Source: a virus
Taxonomy: Duplodnaviria; Heunggongvirae; Uroviricota; Caudoviricetes
Strand: one strand, 5' to 3'
DNA length: 64,000 bases
IMG/VR virus record: IMGVR_UViG_3300037087_000772
Span: 1 to 64,000 of that record
Positions 54,742-62,179 of the stretch are shown here, piece by piece. The stretch's first letter is position 1; every line of letters begins with the position of its first letter. The notes beneath the pieces were generated by a model. The model was not told the origin of the DNA and made no database searches. It was given only the letters and a program-made list of their open reading frames with translations. The position numbers and the translations under genes were made by a program.

Positions 54742-57309
54742 TTAATCATATACTAATGTCCACCCTTTCAATATAAGATTATTTCTTGATACCTGAGATA
54801 TCGTAGTAACATGAGCATTAAGACCAGCTATTCCCATTCCCGATGTATTTATATACCCATTTAAAAGTCCATTGGAATCAAGTATGTTAAAGAATTTATC
54901 CACATCAACAAGATTATTATTACTCAAATCTAAATGGGTGAGATATAGTAATCCAGTAATATCAAAATCTGGTAAAATATTATTAGATAATGTCAGAGAT
55001 GTTAGATTGTTTATATTCATCACATTAGAAATAAATATACCACCACCATTTACTGTTACTGATCTTAGATACTGTAAATCCCCTTGGAAGGTTATACCAA
55101 AGAAATTATTAGCGGAATATGTATGACTTCCTATGTAATAACCATTAAAAGTAATGGTTTCTAATCCATCCCCCCAATCTATATCCAATGTTGTTGGTGA
55201 GATACTTTGTAAGATATAATTAAACACCATTCCAATTGTTGCTTTGATCTTAAATGAAAACGATCCATATGCTGTCGTTCCAGTTGTACTTCCACTTGTT
55301 GCCCCCGTTAATAAATCATATGTTATCACTAAATTTTCACTTAAAATTGGAATTGGTATTTTTGTGTGTTTATCAACACCAATCTCAATCAATTCTATTG
55401 GTTTGTAAATTAAATTAGGATCATAACTAAAAGTTATATTTCCACCATTGTTCATTAAATTTTCAGGATTGTACATTTCCAGAACGAACTTATGATTATC
55501 GTCTTGAGTTAATAAAGCTGTAGTATTTTTCGTTATATTTATATCATTTTCGATAATTCTGGAATATGAAATACAAATATCTTTTCTTAAATCATCATCT
55601 TTAACTCTGTACCAATCGTTTTCTTCATTCTTATAAACAGAATATAATAATTCCGATATTCCTGTCAGAGTATAAATACTATCTATACTTGTTATGGTTA
55701 ATCCAGAATTACTCTTATATGTTTCTATAATGAAATATTCATTTGGAACATAATCTACAATCAATGTTTTGTAAATTGAATTCAAATTAACAAAAGTATG
55801 ATTTTTTAGAAAATACATATCAGATGGGTTTGTCGGTGTAATCTTCACATAAGTTCCTTTTGGATACATTCCTAAATATTCCGAACTTTGAATTTCATTA
55901 AAAGCTGTTAATCCCGATGTAAATAATGTCAAATTAACATCACTCAAAAAAGAATACGAATTATTAAAAATAGTTGGATTTATCGAATTCAAATGTTCAT
56001 ATAATTTATATTTCGAATAAGAATTAGTGGTAGAAAATGAATATTCAGTATAAGAAACTCCACTATAAATAATTTGTAATCCATCATAATCAAAATAATG
56101 ATTATATTGATAATAAGTTGGAGATACATTTAATGATGGATCGACATAAAAATATTTGGAGTGATAAGCTGAATTTAAAATAGTTTGGATATTACCTATT
56201 GTTGACCATTGAAGATTTGTAATTGTATATGAATAACCACTTAAATCAGTCAATAAATTATTTGGAATAGGATCTTTCAAAGACACATAATAATCAACTG
56301 AATTGTCTTTACTTTTTATAAATGTATTGTAGAAAAGACTGGTATTTCCTGATATTTCAATTTGTACATAATCATTTAAATTTGTATTACTATAAAAATT
56401 CGAACTCACTTTAACAAAAGTATAAACTGATTCATTTGTAGCTGTTAACCACCATTCATCATATTTATTAAACATCGTACTTCCAGATGTAATTCCCGTA
56501 TAAATAAATTTGGTTGTGTCTGGATCAAGTATTATAATATATTCGTTATCATGATATTTAATCACGACTTTATCACCATTATTAAGAACATTAGAAACAT
56601 TGAATCCTGTATAAAGAGAATAATTTAATGGATTCATGTGTCTTGCTATATCATAATCAGTGAAAATCAATTTAGGAATTGGTATTGTCGCCCCCAAATT
56701 ATAATTGAAGAAATTTTTTATAATATAGGTTTTACCCGACATATAATCAGCTGATTGATATGATACTGGAAAATAATCCCCTACATTTTTTAAATGATAT
56801 TCCTTGTGTTTATTATCACCCAGCTTGACATAACCTTTGTATCTAAATGTATTCCCCGAATCAGCCATAAAATCTGATCTAATTAAAAATCCTCTTTGGT
56901 CGACATTGTATAATCCATTTTGGGTTTTATCTGATTGATTTACCAGAAGGACTTTATGTTTCGTCTTTAAATAAGCATTATCAATCGTATAATATCTTAG
57001 GGTCAAATCTAAACTCGATGTACTACATACATCAACACTATCCATATTGACCATGAAATTATTTATAATATCAAATTCATTATACATATTGTAAATACAC
57101 CAATTCTTTCCGACCATTGGATTTTTATTATAAATATCATCGAGAGTATTAACATATTGATAGGTGATACCAGATAAACATTTTTGGTATTTAAAATAGT
57201 TATCTGGGATATAAGTTACCCCGCTCCAATAAGCATCTAATCTCTCTTCTCTCAACCAAGTGTCGCCATTCAAAGTCCAATCAAATTTGATGTTCCATAT
57301 GTCTTTCAT
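54742..57309 (-). CDS. large structural (tail/fibre?) protein with C-terminal leucine-rich repeats
   Basis: 855 aa; C-terminal NLTSLTLSNNILPDFDITGLLYLTHLDLSNNNLVDVDKF are LRR units. Co-oriented with the downstream fibre-like gene; promoter motif at 57337..57346. Confidence 0.45.
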   Translation of the reverse strand: MKDIWNIKFDWTLNGDTWLREERLDAYWSGVTYIPDNYFKYQKCLSGITYQYVNTLDDIYNKNPMVGKNWCIYNMYNEFDIINNFMVNMDSVDVCSTSSLDLTLRYYTIDNAYLKTKHKVLLVNQSDKTQNGLYNVDQRGFLIRSDFMADSGNTFRYKGYVKLGDNKHKEYHLKNVGDYFPVSYQSADYMSGKTYIIKNFFNYNLGATIPIPKLIFTDYDIARHMNPLNYSLYTGFNVSNVLNNGDKVVIKYHDNEYIIILDPDTTKFIYTGITSGSTMFNKYDEWWLTATNESVYTFVKVSSNFYSNTNLNDYVQIEISGNTSLFYNTFIKSKDNSVDYYVSLKDPIPNNLLTDLSGYSYTITNLQWSTIGNIQTILNSAYHSKYFYVDPSLNVSPTYYQYNHYFDYDGLQIIYSGVSYTEYSFSTTNSYSKYKLYEHLNSINPTIFNNSYSFLSDVNLTLFTSGLTAFNEIQSSEYLGMYPKGTYVKITPTNPSDMYFLKNHTFVNLNSIYKTLIVDYVPNEYFIIETYKSNSGLTITSIDSIYTLTGISELLYSVYKNEENDWYRVKDDDLRKDICISYSRIIENDINITKNTTALLTQDDNHKFVLEMYNPENLMNNGGNITFSYDPNLIYKPIELIEIGVDKHTKIPIPILSENLVITYDLLTGATSGSTTGTTAYGSFSFKIKATIGMVFNYILQSISPTTLDIDWGDGLETITFNGYYIGSHTYSANNFFGITFQGDLQYLRSVTVNGGGIFISNVMNINNLTSLTLSNNILPDFDITGLLYLTHLDLSNNNLVDVDKFFNILDSNGLLNGYINTSGMGIAGLNAHVTTISQVSRNNLILKGWTLVYD

Positions 57310-57388
57310 TGTAGATTCAACAAGGTAATTTCTTTTTATATATTAAATTAGTGTCTTTCCTTTTTAATAAGAAAAAACTATTTTTGAT

Positions 57389-57399
57389 TTAATATATAA
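57389..57399 (+). promoter_or_regulatory. TTAATATATAA promoter-like motif (25 nt upstream of the ATG of 57425..58531)
   Basis: One of about 12 near-identical occurrences at a fixed distance from start codons. Confidence 0.4.
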
Positions 57400-57424
57400 A
57401 AAGAAAAAATCTACTTCCCCTGAC

Positions 57425-58531
57425 ATGATATATAATATACAAAATCAAATTGACTTATCAGGATTCTACATTGTCTATAATGGTGTTGTCGTAAATGAAA
57501 AAGAGGGAACTTATGGAATATCTCATTTAATAGAACATTTAGTATGTAAAAACTTGAATGATGAATTTGTGGATTCATTAGAAAAAAACGGTATAACTTG
57601 GAATGCTTATACAACACCGAATAATATAGTTTTCTATATCAAAGGTTTAGATGATTATGTTTATAATTTCAAAAATGAATTTCTTCAAAAAATCACAAAC
57701 TTCAAAATAACTCCTGATGTTTTTAAAATAGAAAAAAATGTGGTTTTAGAGGAATATACCGACTTATTCAATAGGTATAATAAAAATCATTTTCTCAATT
57801 TATATAGAAAAGTACTAAACAACTATAATTCAGTTGGGAAAAAAGAGGACATAGAACAATTAACAATGGAAAAATGCTTAGAACATTATTCGCAGTTTTA
57901 TAGTAATCCATCTAAAATAATATACATATCAAAGAAATATAAAGAAGAAACAACAAATATAACCTTTGATGATAAGTCAAGTAAAAAAACTTTTAAATTA
58001 GGAACATATGATTATACCTTAGAAACTCCTTTATTATCTGGAAATAAATCTTCTATTATTTACCTTTCTCCAATAATAAATGAAGATTTCGATAAGATAA
58101 TATTCATCAACTATCTTCTATCTGGAGGATTAAAATCTCCGTTATATAAAGCAATTAGAGAAAAAAATAGTTTGGCTTATTATATCAACTGTCGTATTGA
58201 TCGTCTGGATGATAAAGGAATCATAATTATTTCAACCGAAACGAGCGATGTTAATGTGGAAAAATTAAATGAAACTATAATCAATGTTTTTAAAGAAAGA
58301 TCCTATTTAACCAGAGAAAAATTTGAAAGTGTAAAAAATTTCATTAAAATCAGTTTGATAAAATCGAATATTAACTTACAAGACAATGAAGATAAATTCA
58401 TTCTCCCCCAGAATTGGCTTATAGAAGATACAATCGACAAGTTAACTTATGAGGATATTATGGTGGCTTTTGATAAATATTTCAACATCAATGACTTCTA
58501 TAAAAGTGTAAATAAAAATGAATTTTCTTAA
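57425..58531 (+). CDS. M16 (pitrilysin/insulinase)-family peptidase-like protein
   Basis: 368 aa; EGTYGISHLIEHLVCKN matches the inverted zinc motif HxxEH of the M16 family. Confidence 0.45.
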   Translation: MIYNIQNQIDLSGFYIVYNGVVVNEKEGTYGISHLIEHLVCKNLNDEFVDSLEKNGITWNAYTTPNNIVFYIKGLDDYVYNFKNEFLQKITNFKITPDVFKIEKNVVLEEYTDLFNRYNKNHFLNLYRKVLNNYNSVGKKEDIEQLTMEKCLEHYSQFYSNPSKIIYISKKYKEETTNITFDDKSSKKTFKLGTYDYTLETPLLSGNKSSIIYLSPIINEDFDKIIFINYLLSGGLKSPLYKAIREKNSLAYYINCRIDRLDDKGIIIISTETSDVNVEKLNETIINVFKERSYLTREKFESVKNFIKISLIKSNINLQDNEDKFILPQNWLIEDTIDKLTYEDIMVAFDKYFNINDFYKSVNKNEFS

Positions 58532-58652
58532 ACTTTTGATACACAAAAAAATATATTAAATTGACCGTAAAAATTCAAAAAATCAGTTTTTTTTTATTAA
58601 TATATAAGTTAAATATTTTTGTAGGCTTCAATGGTAAATTTTAGGGCATGGA

Positions 58653-58859
58653 TTGAATGGGTTGAAAAATAATTTAAAAAAAATAAAAATTAGAAAAATG
58701 TCAGAACAGCAAGAACAAAGAATATCCTTTGTATTAAAAAATTTCATAGAAGAAATATCCAAAGACCTAAAGCTCACAGAAGAACAAAAAACAGAATTAA
58801 AAAAAATGGCTATTGAGGATACAAATAAACTCTTTAACTATAGCTTGGAAATCAAGTAA
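58653..58859 (+). CDS. small hypothetical protein
   Basis: 68-aa ORF, lysine-rich. Confidence 0.3.
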   Translation: MNGLKNNLKKIKIRKMSEQQEQRISFVLKNFIEEISKDLKLTEEQKTELKKMAIEDTNKLFNYSLEIK

Positions 58860-58943
58860 TTTTAATTTTTTTATGACAGAAATTTTCTTATATTTGTATT
58901 CAATTCCCAAAAAATAGAATCGGGAAGTAAAAATAATTTATAT

Positions 58944-59468
58944 ATGAACAAAAACAACAGAGAAAAAACAGAAAAAATCAATCATCAAATTACATCTCAT
59001 TCAGTTAGACTAATATTTACAGATGGAACTCAACCATATGTAACCACAACAACGGAAGCTTTACAATTGTCGAAAGACTTGGGTGTGGATCTAATTGAAA
59101 TTTCACCAACAGCAAACCCACCAGTTTGTAAAATGATGGATTACAATAAGTTCCTTTACGAAAAGAAACAAAAAGACAAAGAAAATCAGAAAAACAATAA
59201 AAAAATAAAATTGAAAGAGATCCGTATGACTTATAATACGGGAGAACATGATTTCAATTTTAAATTAAATCATGCCATCAATTTTCTCAACGATGGTGAT
59301 AAAGTTAAAGCCTTTATATTTTTCGCTGGCCGAGAGCTAAAATTCAAAGAAATCGGGGAATTATTATTGTTGAAATTCGTTGATGGACTTAAAGAAGTCG
59401 GAAAAATTGAAAATATGCCTAAACTGGATGGTAACAGATTGTGGGTCATAATCCAACCGAAAAAATAA
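58944..59468 (+). CDS. infC: translation initiation factor IF-3 homologue
   Basis: 174 aa. Co-linear with bacterial IF3 over its whole length: VRLIFTDGTQ…ALQLSKDLGVDLIEISPTANPPVCKMMDYNKFLYEKKQK…KLKEIRMTYNTGEHDFNFKL…FLNDGDKVKAFIFFAGRE…MPKLDGNRLWVIIQPKK against E. coli …VRLTGLEGEQ…[29 protein letters not shown]…[20 protein letters not shown]…FLEEGKKAKITLRFRGRE…TKIEGRQMIMVLAPKK. Confidence 0.85.
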   Translation: MNKNNREKTEKINHQITSHSVRLIFTDGTQPYVTTTTEALQLSKDLGVDLIEISPTANPPVCKMMDYNKFLYEKKQKDKENQKNNKKIKLKEIRMTYNTGEHDFNFKLNHAINFLNDGDKVKAFIFFAGRELKFKEIGELLLLKFVDGLKEVGKIENMPKLDGNRLWVIIQPKK

Positions 59469-59515
59469 ACAAAACTGATTATATTTGATATATACTAATA
59501 GAAAATAATAACCTA

Positions 59516-59776
59516 TTGAAAATGAATCGTTTTATTTTATTATTTGAGGAACTTATCAATACTATTTTTAACAAGAGAAAGAAATATATAGTGGAAATTG
59601 TTAAATATCAGGATGATAATGGTAATGATGTTCCTATTGGATCAATCACTCAGAACGAAAAACTCGTTGATAAATTTGAGACCTACACATATTCCAGAAG
59701 ATTAGCCTACAAGATCGGAAAAACTGTAAATGCCGTCAAATATGACGGAAAGTTCGACATCAGGATATATGAATAA
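59516..59776 (+). CDS. hypothetical protein
   Basis: 86-aa ORF. Confidence 0.35.
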   Translation: MKMNRFILLFEELINTIFNKRKKYIVEIVKYQDDNGNDVPIGSITQNEKLVDKFETYTYSRRLAYKIGKTVNAVKYDGKFDIRIYE

Positions 59777-59824
59777 TTTTTTTATTCATGAAATTGTCGT
59801 ATCTTTGTCAAAAATTAAACAATC

Positions 59825-60316
59825 ATGAGAAATAATTGGTTCATACGATTACGAATACGATTTAGAAATTATAGAAGAAATGTCGCGAAAAAGATTGAGG
59901 GTCAAGATGTTCTGAATGTTGATCAGCAATTGGGATTTGACATCTTCAAAATAGCTCTACAAGATGAAGGAAATATTCGTTATTATGATGCACCAAATGG
60001 GGCCAATACCTCTCACATAAAATACATCGTAAGTAAAGAATACTTTCAAGGGAAAAAGGATGTAGATACTTTCATTATTTTTGATGACGCTCAGGATAGG
60101 GGTAAAATGATTGTAGTAAATCACGAATATAAATACAATTTTGAATTTCCCAAGAGAACAACAAATATAATGAATGATATATTTGACGATACAGTAAGAA
60201 AAGACAGAAAGAGGATGAAAGAAGAAATTTTGGCTAACATTACCACAAGTCTTACTATTGTATTGACCAAACTTAAAGAAAAAATGTTGGAATCCAAAAA
60301 ACCCCTACCTAAATAG
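59825..60316 (+). CDS. hypothetical protein
   Basis: 163-aa ORF. Confidence 0.4.
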   Translation: MRNNWFIRLRIRFRNYRRNVAKKIEGQDVLNVDQQLGFDIFKIALQDEGNIRYYDAPNGANTSHIKYIVSKEYFQGKKDVDTFIIFDDAQDRGKMIVVNHEYKYNFEFPKRTTNIMNDIFDDTVRKDRKRMKEEILANITTSLTIVLTKLKEKMLESKKPLPK

Positions 60317-60331
60317 TACTTTCTCCAAGTA

Positions 60332-61375
60332 TTAGATATTTATCGAATTTTTCATATTTTCGTAAAGTTGTTTTGGTGTTGATTCTTCATCCAATTTCAC
60401 GATTTTTAGGTTTCTTTTCAATCTTTCCATAATTATAACATCTTGGCTATTGTCTAATCTCTTGCTAAACTTAATTATCTCAAGCAGGTTGTCTTTAAAT
60501 ACCTGAGAGTTAAAATCTATCGTGCCGGGATATGTCCCCTTATATAGAGTATAAATCGTTTGAATACCAGCATCTCCAATCCCACGATTTCCCTGCATAA
60601 AGATTGATTTGATATTATCTTTTCCATGACCCATTATCTTTCTGAAAAGTTCGAATTCATTATTTATCTCAACTGTCTTTTTTCCATTGAGAAATTTTTC
60701 GAAAAATTCAACGAATTCCATTTCATTATTTGTTTGAAAAAGATTATCCTCAAAAGTCTTAACGATATTATCAGTGAACATATTATATTGTTCTGGTAGA
60801 TAAACCCTTTCATCATTATATTTGAAATTATACATCATATTGATGTATTTGAGATCTAATCCATCATAGCAAATAAGTTCATATAAATCACTATCAGACG
60901 ATACTATAAACGTTGATTCCCCCTTTTTGTTTAAATTCTTTACAAGATATGCCATTATATCATCACCTTCCATCCTATCGACTTGAAGTAAATCAACAGT
61001 TTTTTTGAATGATATGGCTGTTTTTAATTCACCATATTCTTGATAAATGAATTTCCAATCTATATCTTCGTCTTTTTTTCTTGTCCCTTTATATTCAGGA
61101 TAAAAGTCTTTTCTCCAATTACCAGTGGAATCAGAGATGAAAAATGTTTTACGAAAATGAAAAAGGTGGGTTAAAATGTTGAAATCCCTTTCCAAAATAT
61201 TATATAATTCCGAATAAAGGATCTTGTTTTTCCAGAGAGTACTTATATTTTTTCGTAAAAGATAATTCCCATCAATAAGCAAATTTAAATTAATCATTAA
61301 GGATTGATTATTTTTCCTTATATAAAGTAGGTAAGAATGAAAGTTTATTATTTTAAGTGAGTGGAATATCTTCAT
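60332..61375 (-). CDS. rnh: RNase H / flap endonuclease (5'-3' exonuclease, T4 rnh-like)
   Basis: 347 aa; STGNWRKDFYPEYKGTRKK, DRMEGDDIMAYL and VSSDSDLYEL match the conserved FEN/5'-3' exonuclease motifs (YKxxR, EADD, SxDxDLxQL). Confidence 0.75.
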   Translation of the reverse strand: MKIFHSLKIINFHSYLLYIRKNNQSLMINLNLLIDGNYLLRKNISTLWKNKILYSELYNILERDFNILTHLFHFRKTFFISDSTGNWRKDFYPEYKGTRKKDEDIDWKFIYQEYGELKTAISFKKTVDLLQVDRMEGDDIMAYLVKNLNKKGESTFIVSSDSDLYELICYDGLDLKYINMMYNFKYNDERVYLPEQYNMFTDNIVKTFEDNLFQTNNEMEFVEFFEKFLNGKKTVEINNEFELFRKIMGHGKDNIKSIFMQGNRGIGDAGIQTIYTLYKGTYPGTIDFNSQVFKDNLLEIIKFSKRLDNSQDVIIMERLKRNLKIVKLDEESTPKQLYENMKNSINI

Positions 61376-61757
61376 CTGAAAGAATCCAATCTAATTTGAG
61401 CCTTCTTTCTTCATTAGTCATATAAGGTAGTTTGTCTTGATAATCAGCCAACATATTTGGTTTTTCTGGATCATCATTAATTACTCCTTCAGACTCCATC
61501 AAATATAATTTATTGTCATTAATTTTATAAAAAGGTGTCTTTTGGGGTGATTCTCTGTATATCATTTCGGTACAACCAAAAATAGAACCAATAGGATGTT
61601 CTTCTCGGATACTATGTGAACAAGATATATTTAATGTCACATCTAAATCCTTACCATTCAATTTTTGTCCACCAAGAACACGAACACGAACTTTCTTATC
61701 TTTTTTCCTGCTACCATTTTCTTTTTCGTAACAAGTTTTAACATAATAATAAGCCAT
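61353..61757 (-). CDS. hypothetical protein (occupies the dsbA-like position upstream of rnh)
   Basis: 134-aa ORF. Confidence 0.35.
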   Translation of the reverse strand: MAYYYVKTCYEKENGSRKKDKKVRVRVLGGQKLNGKDLDVTLNISCSHSIREEHPIGSIFGCTEMIYRESPQKTPFYKINDNKLYLMESEGVINDDPEKPNMLADYQDKLPYMTNEERRLKLDWILSDEDIPLT

Positions 61758-61818
61758 ATCTCTGATTTTTTAATAAAGTTAAAAAAAAAATTCGAATAAA
61801 AAAATTAAAAGATTAGAT

Positions 61819-62130
61819 TTATATCATATAAGTTACTTTATCAAAACGAGGAAGAACAAGAGGTTGATTGTTTTCATCAAGCCCCATATTCACTTCATAA
61901 GTATAATAAATAGTGACTGAATTTAATTTTTCTTTTTTAACTGGTTCACTACCATCTTCCGTTAATAGAGTTTCAGTTTCATAATTTAATTCAACACCCG
62001 GAATCTCACCAATCAAAGAATGTAAATCATTTTTAATTTGATTCGTATTTAAATTTCTTTCACTCAGGTCATATTGACTTGAAAAATAATTATTTATTTG
62101 CATTTTTTTGAAATTAGCTATTTCATCCAT
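61819..62130 (-). CDS. hypothetical protein
   Basis: 103-aa ORF; promoter motif at 62154..62163. Confidence 0.35.
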   Translation of the reverse strand: MDEIANFKKMQINNYFSSQYDLSERNLNTNQIKNDLHSLIGEIPGVELNYETETLLTEDGSEPVKKEKLNSVTIYYTYEVNMGLDENNQPLVLPRFDKVTYMI

Positions 62131-62179
62131 TTTTTGAAAGATTTATTTTGACTTATATATTAAAACTAATGAGATCAGT

